Shown here piece after piece: positions 12,601 to 21,977 of a DNA stretch of 25,614 nt. Under the pieces are notes generated by a model. The model worked only from the letters and a program-made list of their open reading frames with translations. It did not search any database and was not told where the DNA came from. The position numbers and the translations under genes are program-made. The DNA is taken from the IMG/VR virus record IMGVR_UViG_3300037427_001470, positions 1-25,614 of that record; one strand, written 5' to 3'. The stretch is from a virus. Its lineage: Duplodnaviria; Caudoviricetes. Positions within the stretch are counted from its first letter, which is position 1, and every line of letters begins with the position of its first letter.

Positions 12601-15600
12601 ACTGGTATGAACTAAATTATTAACAGGACTACTAAATTCTTTCCATGTAATTGGACTCTTAATCGTATAGGAAAGATTCTGATAATAATCATTATCTGCG
12701 ATTACCTGAAAATCTTCATTTAATTTTCCTACATTATCTTCCCATCCAATATCTTTCTTATTCGCATAACTAACTTCAAATCTTCCAGAATTATCAACAA
12801 TTCTGTCTATTGTTGCTATAGATCCAGATTCCTTACCACTAATAACCTCATTTAAAGATAATTTGTAAGTACCATCTACTTTAATATATCCTTTTACATC
12901 AACATTAGAAATATATAATTTTCTTTCTATACCATTACTAATAATTCTTTCACCAACTAAGAACTTAGATTGTTCTTGTGTAATTGTAAATGATGGATAA
13001 TCATCTGCATGTATTATAGTTCCAAATGAATCTTGAACCGTTTTAGCAACACCAACAGTAGTTGTTAATCCAACTACATTAATTGTTACAGTATCTCTAG
13101 TCCCACTAGTATCATAGTATCCCACTTCAAGGAATTTAAAACCATAATCTTCAGAATTAAATCCAGATCCTGCAGCACCAACTTTCTGTATTCCTTCTAT
13201 GAATACTTTATCACCAATTTTAAATGGTGGTGTTGGGAAACCAAGTACTGGAGTTGTTAAAGAACATGAGAATGTAGTTCCGATACCTGCAGAAGGGGAT
13301 GATACTTCAACAATACTTATTCCATTGGTATTATTTGTAGCATATAATTTTGATGTTTTTTCAGAAAGACCTTTTGGAGACTGCAATATATCCACTTTAT
13401 TAATAGAATTACCTACTATTGTTGCTTCTAAAATCCCACTATCAATTATTTGACCACTATCACTATTAACAACTACAATATTAGGAGCAGAAGTATAATC
13501 TCTTCCACCATTAGTAACTGTAATAATTCCTATAGTATTTGAATCCCTAATAGTAATTAATGGAGATATTTCAGCATTTGGTTGTAAAGTTTTATCTGAT
13601 GAATATTCAAACCCTTCATTGATAATTCTTACCTTTTTAGCATCTCCTATAGTATTTGATTTTGCAACTATTGCAGCATTTACTCCACCAACAGAAGATA
13701 TTTTAGAAAGATCTGGTAATCTTTTATATCCACTTCCACCAGAAACAATATTGATATTAGATATAGATCCTTCTGCACTTGTAGAATTAGTAGTATATTT
13801 TATTGTTGAACATTCAGAAGAAGCATAAGATAATCTTTCTGGAATCTCACTTAAAGAAATATTGATTGTAGTAGTTCCAACTCCAGTAATTACATGCTCT
13901 GAGGTATATGTACTATCAATGAATAATATTTCAGAATGATTATCCACTAAAGTATCTGCAGTACTTAAATATCCAGATTTTTCTAAAGTATAATATAATT
14001 TTTGAGGAAGTATATTTGTTGAATCAGTATTATAATTAATTGTTACTGCAGCACCTACTACCCCACCAGTAGTATCAATACCAGTTATAGTAAATCCTTC
14101 AGTTGTTCCTGTAGAAACAAATTCATTGTTAAATTCAGTATCATAATAAATTTTAAGATATTGTCCACTTAATGAAGAATCTGATAAATCAAATACTAAA
14201 TTAGTACCTTTAGTTGCTGTAATTCTTGGATTAATTGGAGATATAGTATGATTTTGACCTCCTGTGCTTGCAAAACTTACTACAGTAGGTGGATTTGCTT
14301 TAGAATCCACAAGTGTTTCACAAAGTTTGATATTGTTATCATCAACCTTAAATGTATAATAGGTATTTGTAGACAAACCAGAAATAGGTAATGATGATGA
14401 ATAACTAACCCTATCTCCAGTATTTAAATTATGTTTAAGTATTTCAAATTGATTAGTTGTTGTATCAATCTTAGAAGCATCAATAGTAAGTGGATTAATG
14501 GTAATATTATTAATACTATCATCCCATTTAACAGCAACAGAAGTAGATGTTGTACCAATACCAACAGAAAGTTTTGGTATAACATTCAATTCAACCTTAT
14601 TTCCTACTACCAATCCATGAGCAGTTGAAACGGAAACTACAGTATTAACTCTATCAATTACTCCTTGCTTTTGAATAAATTGTGTTTCTAACAGATACTT
14701 ATCAGAATTACAATTATCAATCAATTGTTTTGGAGTATTACGGAAATACACTTCTTCATATTCATTACCATTATGATCAGTACCAATACCAGTCTTTATT
14801 CCGATAGTGTTTATTGTCTTATTAACGACATATACATTAGTGGTAAGTCCAGATGCTGGTAAATTAAATGGTGGTATTACACCAATAGCATCAATACCAA
14901 TTGTTGAAATTGAAAGAGCACCGCCAGTAGGGACAGTTAAAGTAACTGGATCATTAGTCTCAAATGGGTGATTTTCAATATAAATTGATCTGGTTTGAAT
15001 ATTTCTTGTGACATTAGAATCACCAAATTCAAATGTTGTTGTATATCCAACTATACCAGGTGTACTACCAACACCTACAGATTCTGTAGGATTAAAATAT
15101 ACTTTATTGTTTATAGATGATTCAAAATAATCTACTTTTTTAGGAATTGTGAAAGAATCTGGTCTAAACTCTAATCTTGTAGATATGCTATGAGAAGTTC
15201 CAGTTAATCCTCTTTCAATCCTAAGTATATTAAGATTTCTGTAAATATCTAATAATTTTGCAGTTTCTGATCCAATTCCAACACTACATCCAATAGAAAC
15301 ATTATCTGGGATAAGATTTACATATATTTCCGTTGTAGCAGCTCCTGGAGAAGCATCACTACCTACAATTGGAGAAATTAAATTTGAATAATATGAAGTA
15401 ATTCCTATTCTATAGAATCCATTTAATTCAGTTAGGTAAGTGCTAAGACCAGAAATTATAATATCATCATTATTTCGTAAAGAATGTTGTGGAAGAATAG
15501 TAACTTTTACCTTATCATCATTCACATGTGTGAATGTTGCTGTTGGGTAATTCTCAACAGTAGTTTCTATTGTTGTAATATCTTTTCCTTCTATCGAAGA

Positions 15601-18600
15601 TACATTTGCTATTAATCCGTTACCATCTGTATCTTTATTATTAAATGATAAAGTATCATTTACTTTATAATTACTACCACTATTAACAATTTCAAAATCA
15701 TTGATAGATCCATCACTTACAGATTCAATAACTGCTTTTTGTCTTGTAATTTCATTTGTTTCAACAATAAAGTCATTATTAGCAAATTCATCAGATATTT
15801 TATGTGGGAAAGTATTTCTAAGTAAATCTGAATTATTAAAATCAAGTTTTTGATTAAGAGATTTATTTTCATCTAAAGTATTAGATCTATAATATTCACC
15901 TACAAAATATGGAAATTCTGGATTTCCACTTGAATCAATTGTGGAATAATATGCATAAACACCATTAGGAAATTCTAGTGTTTTTGCATATCTACCATTA
16001 TACTTATCAAGATCACCATTATCAACAAATTTATAATCATCAACAAAGAATCCAGCATCAAATCCATCTGGTCTATCAATAATATTACTAATATCCTTTA
16101 CATAACCAGTAAGTAATCTTCGTGAATTATTAGTAATTGAAGGATCTTCATATCCATATGAACCGTATATTGGATTTCCATCATAAGCCCATCCAATTAT
16201 ACCTGAAGGTGAATTTACATCATCTTTAAATGCATCTCTTAATTCCTCAAAATAACCAGAAACTGTATATTCTAATTCATCATTAGATTCTTCGAGAATT
16301 TCACTAATTGGTGATGAACTATCACGTCTATTTTCGACATTATTAACTACTAATGATCTGATTTGAGCATCTAGAGTTGAATTAGATCCTGTGGATTTGA
16401 CTAAAATTGAAGTATGTATAGATGTATCAGAATAACCAATACCAGGATTTATTATTTTAACATCAGTTATCTTTCCATTAGCAATAACGGGTCTTAATTC
16501 AGCACCAGAACCTAATACATCTCTTCCACTCACATCACTGACTATTAAATCTGGAATTGATGTGTATTGTTGCCCACCAAATTGAAGATTTATTGATTTA
16601 ATCTCTCCATCTACAACAACAGGAACCATTGATGCATATTTTCCAGTATTTACAGTTACTGTTGGTTTTTTCTGGAAATTTAATATAGTTGAACCATAAC
16701 CAGCACCACCCTCATAAACATATGTGTCAACAATACTACCCCTGACTATTGGTGTTAATGTAACAACATTAGATGTACTACCAATTCCAGCAGTAGTATA
16801 ATCTATAGAAACTTCAACAGGAGGATAATAGAAATTATGATAACTACTTCCAGCTCCTATAGATGTAATTTCTATGGGTTTTCTTCTTTCATAAAATGAA
16901 GTTAATGTTCCACCAACACCAGTATTTGATAAACTAAAGGAATTATCATCTATTTTTAGAACTTTATAATGAATTGATGTTGTTGTTATACCAGTAAATG
17001 TGGTTAAACCTGTAATATCAGTATCAGATCCACTAGTAGGATCATTAGAATATAATACATTATCCCCATCAATAAATCCATGATTATTGAAATTAATCGT
17101 ATTATTAATCGTATTAATTCCTATAGGTTTAACTATTAGTTTTCTGTTAGTATATCCATCACCACCATTAATTACATCAATTCTAGATATCGTCTTTTTA
17201 CTATCAAGAGTTTTAAATTTATGGATTCCAGTAGTATTAAAGGTAGTAAATCCTACAGTATTAATTCCACTAGAATATGAAGCATATGATGGATATAATT
17301 TAACTGTTAAATTATTATCAATTGCTGTGTAATAATGCCCACCATTAGATAATGTTGATGTTCCAATACCAACTCCTATTGGCGTATTATTATTAGAATC
17401 ATATATTACTTCTTGACCATTTGTAAAATAATGATTTTCTAAAAATGTTAATTGATATCCTCCAGTTGTTATTCCACCAGAATTTGTAGTTTCTCTTCCA
17501 TCAAATGTAACTTCTCTAGATCTTTTATTGATTACTGTATTAAGAACTGCTCCACTACCATTACCACCACTTACCGTGACTGAATTTACTTCTGAAATAT
17601 CAAAATCTAATTGATCTACATAAACTTTTTCAACACTTCCACTAACTACAGGTTGAGCATGAGCAGTTGATGCAATACCAGCAGAAACAGTTAGTGTTGG
17701 AAGATTAATAACATCATAATCTTCACCACCATTTAATACATCTATAGAATCTATTTTTCCATAATAAACTTTATCATGAGATTTATAATTTTTAACTTCC
17801 ACACCATTAATCAACATTCCAACATTTCCTGGAATTGTTAATTCATTATCTCCATTTTTTATGTTTACTGGTAATGGAAACTTCTTAAGTAACTTTTGTG
17901 GTCCAATTTTCGATGATCTTTGTGAATATAATGTAAATGTATGATTACCAAATGCACCAGAAGGTGGTGAAAGTTTTAAAAATCCTTCTTGTTCAATGAA
18001 TGAAGAAGAATTGTATAATCTAATAGATTGTCCATCAGGCAAAACCTCAACAAAATATGATCCTGTAACTAAACCACTAATAGGAACAGAATCTGATTGA
18101 TAATATATTCTATCACCAGTAATAAAAGGTGCCTTATCATCAAATTTTATTGTGCTATATTCTCCAGTAGTTAATATATTTGTTAAATTGCTAACAGAAT
18201 TTATTGAAGATGAATTAATATTTTTTGATATTTCGTAAGTATACTCAAAACCATCAGATACATCATATCCAATTACACCAGAAGGTAATGAATTAGATGC
18301 AACATATGCATATTCGTTATTTTTATCAACATATAGATTCTGTACATCACCAATAACAGTATCATTTCCATATTTAAGTGGAACATTTTTACTTGTTACT
18401 TTATTAATTTTTCTTCTAAGAGAGTATGATGTATTTGTTCCTGGTGTGAAATCAAAATTTTCTAATTCAACACTATTTCCACTTATAGTTTTAATATATG
18501 GATATCCAATTACACCTGCAGCTGCAGCAGTTGCTAATGATAATTCTGTTGGATATACAATTACACCTGAACCTCCAAGACCGTCCTGTTGTACTATTTC

Positions 18601-20049
18601 TACTTTATCACCTAATTTTAAACTAGATTTATCAATATCACTCTTAAGGGTTAATGATAAAGTTTGTCCAAAATTTAAAATCTCATATGTAGAACTAGTA
18701 TTATAAATCCAAGAGTTAGCAAAAGTCTCTTTATAAGTTTTATTGCTTGATGGATTTTGAATTAAATCTCCAAGGTTCTTAACTGAGATTATATCACCTT
18801 CAGATACTTGTAAATCTTCAGATACTTGTTCAAAATTGGATAATACACCAGTTAATCTTATTTCTACACGTTTAGAAGAATCTCCACCTTCAAATCCATA
18901 ATAAGTTTCGTTAGATCTAATATTATCAGTAGCACCTATATCTTCACCAGTACCAGAAGATGTAGTCCATGAACAATCCATAAACTGGTTAATACTTTTA
19001 TCCAGATATGTAATACTGTTAATACCAGATATAACCATTCCAGTTTGTGCAAATCCTATTGTAGAATCAACAGAAATTACAGAAGAACCAACTGAAACTT
19101 TTTCAAAACTCTTTGTACTTGGAGTTATTCCAAAAGTACCTTCAACATAATTGTTATCATCATATCCAATAAAGAGTGAAAGTTTAAAATATTGCTTATT
19201 TTGTCTAGTAAATGGTTCTACTTCTGATATTGATGCTGATGTCCCACTATCAGTTGATTTTGTAATGGTTTGTCCTACCAATTTTGTAGGATCTCCCGAA
19301 ATTATCTCAGCAATTGCAATTTCTCTTCTAATAAATTTAGATGATGATGGTTTTACTAAGAAATTCTCCAAATTTACTACATTTGGAGTTACTCCATAAA
19401 GAACATTGAAAAGAATTCTAATAGACTCATTCGTACCTTTTGCTTGATAAAATGATTGTGCTTCTTTTATAAAATTTCCAGCATTTAATGATGTGTCAAA
19501 ATCAACATTTTCTAATCCAGGAGTAAAAGTATATCTTAATTTATTGTAAAATTCTCTAAGGAATAAAGAGCTTAAATTCTTAATGCTCTTATTTGCAGTA
19601 TGTGCTTCTTTTGATGTATCCGAAAATATAAGTTCTTCTTGATTTAAATCACTATGATATGATGTTATACCACTAAATCCACGCTGACATCCAGTAAATG
19701 TAGTAGAAGTTATTCCAGTATAGGTAATTATTTCATTATCAATCTTCAATAATCCATATTCAGAAGGAAATCCCTTTGTACTATTAACATTAATAGTAGT
19801 ATCTGTAGAAGTAATATCAGATTCTAGAGTAGTATTATCTACAATAACTTCAGGTATTAAATTATCAACTTTTAAATACTGATCTAAATTCTCAGAAATA
19901 TCAACTGGCCCACCTTGATATTCTTGAGATATATAATATTGTTTTAAAAACTCTGCAGATTTTGGACTTTCATCCAAAATAAATTCAGGTAATTGGTTAT
20001 TGATTATCTGCTGAATCTTTACTCTAGATTCAAATCCAGTTTGTATCAT
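6628..20049 (-). CDS. gp7: Giant baseplate wedge initiator, gp7-like multidomain structural protein (4473 aa)
   Basis: Single 13.4-kb ORF between gp6 and gp8. N-terminal QLPEFI...FLKQYYISQE and FIKEAQSFYQAKGTNESIRILFNVLYG, plus internal DNDYYQNLSYTIKS...VNNLVHTSGMKNF, are typical of cyanophage gp7. Rich in Gly/Ser/Thr/Ile/Val, with many GxGY and GIGTT-like repeats. Confidence 0.85.
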   Translation of the reverse strand: MIQTGFESRVKIQQIINNQLPEFILDESPKSAEFLKQYYISQEYQGGPVDISENLDQYLKVDNLIPEVIVDNTTLESDITSTDTTINVNSTKGFPSEYGLLKIDNEIITYTGITSTTFTGCQRGFSGITSYHSDLNQEELIFSDTSKEAHTANKSIKNLSSLFLREFYNKLRYTFTPGLENVDFDTSLNAGNFIKEAQSFYQAKGTNESIRILFNVLYGVTPNVVNLENFLVKPSSSKFIRREIAIAEIISGDPTKLVGQTITKSTDSGTSASISEVEPFTRQNKQYFKLSLFIGYDDNNYVEGTFGITPSTKSFEKVSVGSSVISVDSTIGFAQTGMVISGINSITYLDKSINQFMDCSWTTSSGTGEDIGATDNIRSNETYYGFEGGDSSKRVEIRLTGVLSNFEQVSEDLQVSEGDIISVKNLGDLIQNPSSNKTYKETFANSWIYNTSSTYEILNFGQTLSLTLKSDIDKSSLKLGDKVEIVQQDGLGGSGVIVYPTELSLATAAAAGVIGYPYIKTISGNSVELENFDFTPGTNTSYSLRRKINKVTSKNVPLKYGNDTVIGDVQNLYVDKNNEYAYVASNSLPSGVIGYDVSDGFEYTYEISKNINSSSINSVSNLTNILTTGEYSTIKFDDKAPFITGDRIYYQSDSVPISGLVTGSYFVEVLPDGQSIRLYNSSSFIEQEGFLKLSPPSGAFGNHTFTLYSQRSSKIGPQKLLKKFPLPVNIKNGDNELTIPGNVGMLINGVEVKNYKSHDKVYYGKIDSIDVLNGGEDYDVINLPTLTVSAGIASTAHAQPVVSGSVEKVYVDQLDFDISEVNSVTVSGGNGSGAVLNTVINKRSREVTFDGRETTNSGGITTGGYQLTFLENHYFTNGQEVIYDSNNNTPIGVGIGTSTLSNGGHYYTAIDNNLTVKLYPSYASYSSGINTVGFTTFNTTGIHKFKTLDSKKTISRIDVINGGDGYTNRKLIVKPIGINTINNTINFNNHGFIDGDNVLYSNDPTSGSDTDITGLTTFTGITTTSIHYKVLKIDDNSFSLSNTGVGGTLTSFYERRKPIEITSIGAGSSYHNFYYPPVEVSIDYTTAGIGSTSNVVTLTPIVRGSIVDTYVYEGGAGYGSTILNFQKKPTVTVNTGKYASMVPVVVDGEIKSINLQFGGQQYTSIPDLIVSDVSGRDVLGSGAELRPVIANGKITDVKIINPGIGYSDTSIHTSILVKSTGSNSTLDAQIRSLVVNNVENRRDSSSPISEILEESNDELEYTVSGYFEELRDAFKDDVNSPSGIIGWAYDGNPIYGSYGYEDPSITNNSRRLLTGYVKDISNIIDRPDGFDAGFFVDDYKFVDNGDLDKYNGRYAKTLEFPNGVYAYYSTIDSSGNPEFPYFVGEYYRSNTLDENKSLNQKLDFNNSDLLRNTFPHKISDEFANNDFIVETNEITRQKAVIESVSDGSINDFEIVNSGSNYKVNDTLSFNNKDTDGNGLIANVSSIEGKDITTIETTVENYPTATFTHVNDDKVKVTILPQHSLRNNDDIIISGLSTYLTELNGFYRIGITSYYSNLISPIVGSDASPGAATTEIYVNLIPDNVSIGCSVGIGSETAKLLDIYRNLNILRIERGLTGTSHSISTRLEFRPDSFTIPKKVDYFESSINNKVYFNPTESVGVGSTPGIVGYTTTFEFGDSNVTRNIQTRSIYIENHPFETNDPVTLTVPTGGALSISTIGIDAIGVIPPFNLPASGLTTNVYVVNKTINTIGIKTGIGTDHNGNEYEEVYFRNTPKQLIDNCNSDKYLLETQFIQKQGVIDRVNTVVSVSTAHGLVVGNKVELNVIPKLSVGIGTTSTSVAVKWDDSINNITINPLTIDASKIDTTTNQFEILKHNLNTGDRVSYSSSLPISGLSTNTYYTFKVDDNNIKLCETLVDSKANPPTVVSFASTGGQNHTISPINPRITATKGTNLVFDLSDSSLSGQYLKIYYDTEFNNEFVSTGTTEGFTITGIDTTGGVVGAAVTINYNTDSTNILPQKLYYTLEKSGYLSTADTLVDNHSEILFIDSTYTSEHVITGVGTTTINISLSEIPERLSYASSECSTIKYTTNSTSAEGSISNINIVSGGSGYKRLPDLSKISSVGGVNAAIVAKSNTIGDAKKVRIINEGFEYSSDKTLQPNAEISPLITIRDSNTIGIITVTNGGRDYTSAPNIVVVNSDSGQIIDSGILEATIVGNSINKVDILQSPKGLSEKTSKLYATNNTNGISIVEVSSPSAGIGTTFSCSLTTPVLGFPTPPFKIGDKVFIEGIQKVGAAGSGFNSEDYGFKFLEVGYYDTSGTRDTVTINVVGLTTTVGVAKTVQDSFGTIIHADDYPSFTITQEQSKFLVGERIISNGIERKLYISNVDVKGYIKVDGTYKLSLNEVISGKESGSIATIDRIVDNSGRFEVSYANKKDIGWEDNVGKLNEDFQVIADNDYYQNLSYTIKSPITWKEFSSPVNNLVHTSGMKNFSDTGISSTATVGIGSSSASIVVKDVIDENRVDTVYEYDMVQDVDVVGDSSKFLKFKTKKLTDYTLAKTNAVLKIDDIDDLFSNLSNNPNSYVDLFKLPSTITYDDILIRVNEAFDNTNLQLTDLVILNNGTNSFLLEKGSIDNVGIAITHVVDEPYGTFSIYVDEYDDSYLRFTPRDPINIDYDLKYIRSTFSSASTGIGTTSVGFVDITGTAVGVASTTSASGITSSIIGVGTHKFNSLYVNTQVIDNETNDMNFVDIYLTHDGTDTYLTEYYFDSHAQNYSGTLIGSFNADITSGLLSLKYTNDTENGVTLKSKIVGFGTTTVGVGTYRYKLDTQNDGQERTAIYQSHYETTTGAAATTVFTVNKNLFNTVKSSVEVGMGASKALHQLLTINDLPNSNVYVQQGPFLSVKGNGIGATDSQSGMGTFGGYYSGDNFILKFFPDAAMSSEIKVASLNECFYTTVDTINNPPDQTYGNITESLNVGQYNGLEGRRINRTSFPATYNGDYIFAKTFNPTDSTQLNLSTGLFTIENHFFSTGEALTYTPKSTFVGVGSTAMTDGSGTAIPSTVYAIKVDNDSFKLATTRSNADAGTNVSFGSSGEGNAHELSMVKSNEKSVITIDGIPQYPLMYTKIAHTLSGNSGGQISAASTIFALSGIGTVNPEDILRIDDEYIKVVNVGLGTTAIGPITGAGSSTIVEVTREILGSTKASHTDTATARVYRGSYNIVGKNIHFVDPPTGNPAILKDPSNLDPAKSDFTGRVFLRNNYDTNQIYDDLSDEFTGIGRTFTLTVGGANTAGIGSTGGNGIIFINSVFQTPTTINNPLNNYDLEEGDGIAGVTTISFTGIATNDGSSGGGEIYTSVSDINANQLPRGGVIVSLGASGGLGYAPLVGSKVRPTFDVNGSITSVVGFATTGSALSISTASYDNTTGLMTVTTVKEHGFVLGETNEVTMVGLHFACAAAHSGVTTTIFPDTINDRPFSILGISSVNTFTADIGICTIPHNYVGQGTVFSWYGDVSYGQGYNDIISIGVAVTDKGYDHRFISADDDSILVAGVGALTPTDAFYESHSGRLILTINNHNLTTSNTIGIGTHSLLFTCSRDNHLTSHQYPRVTDPIFNNMAVSIAATTLNTIEVNVGAASSGSGATITAHPVGVNTHIFVTGKSGGIRRLSGTPGNLTALSGTLYDPSTGVLTIKSGAHSLSAATSKNITGAVYTPTTGIMTVTSASHGFSNGDYVKVVDNSLTFTCDLDGGVSSHTYPRTSDPISNKWIAIANKTTNTFELQVGISTAGNYAHTYTGGTATNAVKKANSFIGISTGAITFTCAQDSHKTIHTYPRTTDPFHWTDGKVLGVETAASATLFTVNVGKSPNGSGGALTFNIGAAGTNYTNPKIFVSDPSYENLSVKGVSRLADGVTDNTGTGLLVDVSVAGASTVGVASDTFEVSKYNISRNGYAFRRGDIITPVGLVTARTLQSAISEFQLSIDKVYSDSFGAWQFGEFDFIDPIKKYQDGSRKRFPLYYNNQLLSFEAQADSYINLENLLFITINGVIQDPGVAYQFDGGTSFVFTTAPREEDKVAIFFYRGTRNSDDSLVTGISKTLEKGDTVQVISNNAIAGTKTQDTRLIYDLTSADKLESNVYSGIGIDDQNYKPLSWIKKKNDNMINGELSSKARDSIESLIFPTARIIGDIDTSQTSIFVDSTELFDYDSATDFSGLIVSEDSYPVSAAITATVSAAGTISGLHITDGGSNYITAPNVLITAPSSQIGVGVGSTAVATLSISGVGTVNGFAITNSGLGYTVAPDILVSPPGPTIENISSIDVIQGFSGIVTGITTTTVGVSTLGFKFFLTKSNSTWTGMDVGNPVYIFDTNLGYGGTSIDNTGSDAAVVGVGTTFLDNVYTIQHIQTSGTTGIITCLMASNPVGIATSMGTQTIGKFSWGKLGGIARSSSPVSIGVTGNTIDVGITTFPTIQRRGTGLRSTGALPKLL
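8485..9830 (-). repeat. Four protein-level repeats (YDxxTGxLTxT...H...FTCxxD...HxYPRxTDP...VNVG) inside gp7, one nested in another
   Basis: Repeat starts are SYDNTTGLMTVT, FYESHSGRLILT, LYDPSTGVLTIK and VYTPTTGIMTVT. Matching cores are FACAAAH...IFPD, FTCSRDNH...HQYPRVTDP, FTCDLDGG...HTYPRTSDP and FTCAQDSH...HTYPRTTDP. Confidence 0.85.
11255..12280 (-). repeat. Three divergent tandem beta-rich repeats in gp7, each ending G(T/S)F...L(R/K)(F/Y)x
   Basis: ...NNGTNSFLLE...YGTFSIY...YLRFTP; ...THDGTDTYLTEY...IGSFNAD...LSLKYT; ...NSNVYVQQ...MGTFGGY...ILKFFP. Boundaries are approximate. Confidence 0.55.
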
Positions 20050-20050
20050 A

Positions 20051-21976
20051 TTACTGTCTTATTAAATTCCCATTTAGATAACTTGATGTGTAATAATCTC
20101 TAGAAAATACCACTCCAGATATTTCGTCACCAGAAGCAATTACATCCTTAACCATATTTATTGAACTTTCAGAAATGCTAAAATTCAAATATAGATCTTT
20201 TAATCCAATAACATCATTTGATTCTGGGAATGCCTGTATCTCAACAATATTATTAGGTTTAACTGTAGATGTGATATTTATAGTATTCAACAAAATCTCA
20301 CCTTTAACATAATCAACAGTTCCTGCAGATTTAACTACAACTCTTGTAGTCTCATTGTTAATTGGTTTAACTATTGATATAATTCCAGTTTTTTTATCTT
20401 CATTTGGTATATCTGTCAGATATACAGTATCACTTTCAGTAGATATTTTAAATCCAGTTGATTTAATATTATATCCATCAGTTTTAACATGGAATTTATT
20501 ACCAAAACAAATCTCATATTGTCCAAATTGATTTATTAGTGCTCTTAAATCTCTTCTAATTCTTATTCTACTAATGTTAGAAGTTATAGCACTATCAGTA
20601 TTATCAATTACTTGTTGAACTTTACTGTATTTAAATCTACCACCAAAGGCATTAAGATCTACAGAATTGGAATAAGATGTCAATGAATTGATAACACGTG
20701 TTTTTAATGATTCTGAAGTAGATATTTTTGCAGAATCATAATAAACAGAAGAATCTAATTCCACATATAGTATTTTAAGATCCTTAATTTTTTGATTTAT
20801 TCCAGATATTGAGTATTGCTTTAATTGTGATAAAATTCTTGATTTGTTAAAATCAGAGACAAAAGTTCCATTTTTTGGCTTAATACTAATAGAAACAGTT
20901 CCATATTCTGGTGGATCTAATTCTTCTCCACCGACCACTGCTACTGATTCTGTATCAGGGTAAATATTCTTGATAATTGCCTCATAATCACGTGCTGTGA
21001 CTGCTCTACTCTGTGCAGAATATATCTTAGGGGCAAAATACTTAATAGAGTCAATTGACTCTATCTCGCTGCCATTCTGGGACTCCTGGACGGTAGTAAC
21101 ACTTACGTCACCAACGTTGAGAATATTACCATCAGATGATTCTAATCTACCAGAAAAAGCAAAATTTCTTACTCCATTACCTTCTTTACCACCAGTTACA
21201 ATATAATGGGCAGTAATTAAGTTTCCATCATTACTTGTTCCCGTTCCTAGTTTTTTACCAATTAATCCATCACCAAATAATAGTTGATATTGCTCATCTT
21301 GCACTTCTTGAAGTAGATAAATCCTAGAATTTGAGTCTACATTGATAATATTGTCTACTATAGAGTATTCTATACCTAATCCATCCTCATCTTCCTTCTT
21401 AATATACACATTAAGTGTAGAAGTATCAATAAATGAGTTTTTAAGAAGAAATCTTTGGTCTAAAGACCCATCATAAGTAAAAGTATTTGTTAAAAATGTG
21501 CCTTCATAGATTTCTATTGAATCAAATGATGCTACAAAATCACCTGATGAGGTTTCTATAAAGGTTTTTGTGATATTTTCAGGAATTGAGAAGACATATC
21601 CCGTATTATTAACATTTCCAGTGCATACAAGACCTCTCTGAAGGGTTACAGAGACCGAAGAATTACCTGCAGGTCTTGTGATATCAAAAGATATTTGTGC
21701 CTTTGCTGCCGTTCTGGAACGTGGTACATAACCAATGTTTCTTGCCAATGAAACTACATTTTCACGAAGTGTTGCTGACTCCAAAAAGGACTCATTCACA
21801 ATCATATTGGAATTAAATGCAGTAATATAGGTATTATATGCTAAAGTGTCAATTAATACTGAAAAATTAGACCCATCAAAGTCAAAATCCGTGAAATTTG
21901 AGTTTGCACGAAGATAATCCTTGATAGATGTCTTTATTTGGTCAAAATCTAGGTTTGCGTATTTAGTAAAAGGCAT
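20051..21976 (-). CDS. gp6: Baseplate wedge subunit, T4 gp6-like (641 aa)
   Basis: Motifs LDFDQIKTSIKDYLR, FTDFDFDGSNFSVLIDTLAYNTY, NESFLESATLRENVVSLARNIGYVPRS, FGDGLIGKKL, ESIDSIKYFAP...QSRAVTARDYE, GGEELDPPEYGTVSISIKP and GTVDYVKGEI. Confidence 0.95.
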   Translation of the reverse strand: MPFTKYANLDFDQIKTSIKDYLRANSNFTDFDFDGSNFSVLIDTLAYNTYITAFNSNMIVNESFLESATLRENVVSLARNIGYVPRSRTAAKAQISFDITRPAGNSSVSVTLQRGLVCTGNVNNTGYVFSIPENITKTFIETSSGDFVASFDSIEIYEGTFLTNTFTYDGSLDQRFLLKNSFIDTSTLNVYIKKEDEDGLGIEYSIVDNIINVDSNSRIYLLQEVQDEQYQLLFGDGLIGKKLGTGTSNDGNLITAHYIVTGGKEGNGVRNFAFSGRLESSDGNILNVGDVSVTTVQESQNGSEIESIDSIKYFAPKIYSAQSRAVTARDYEAIIKNIYPDTESVAVVGGEELDPPEYGTVSISIKPKNGTFVSDFNKSRILSQLKQYSISGINQKIKDLKILYVELDSSVYYDSAKISTSESLKTRVINSLTSYSNSVDLNAFGGRFKYSKVQQVIDNTDSAITSNISRIRIRRDLRALINQFGQYEICFGNKFHVKTDGYNIKSTGFKISTESDTVYLTDIPNEDKKTGIISIVKPINNETTRVVVKSAGTVDYVKGEILLNTINITSTVKPNNIVEIQAFPESNDVIGLKDLYLNFSISESSINMVKDVIASGDEISGVVFSRDYYTSSYLNGNLIRQ

Positions 21977-21977
21977 A

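Noticed and set aside
6628-20049. Intein, intron, programmed frameshift or diversity-generating retroelement target in the giant ORF
   Set aside because: No intein splice or LAGLIDADG motifs, frame break, reverse transcriptase or adenine-specific near-identical DNA repeat pair was seen. The repeats are diverged at the DNA level.
20275-20282. TATAAATA inside the 3' part of gp6
   Set aside because: It is about 225 nt from the gp7 start and inside coding sequence. A few chance matches of this all-AT 8-mer are expected in 22 kb of roughly 68% AT DNA, so it is not called.
692-21206. Numerous 60-128 aa plus-strand ORFs (e.g. 692-910, 3746-4132, 7037-7342, 8557-8859, 13199-13453, 18446-18706, 20997-21206) and the minus-strand 10293-10493 ORF
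   Set aside because: They lie antisense to, or out of frame within, well-supported structural genes. Their Pro/Val/Ile/Leu-rich translations mirror the codon bias of the real strand and show no recognisable motifs.
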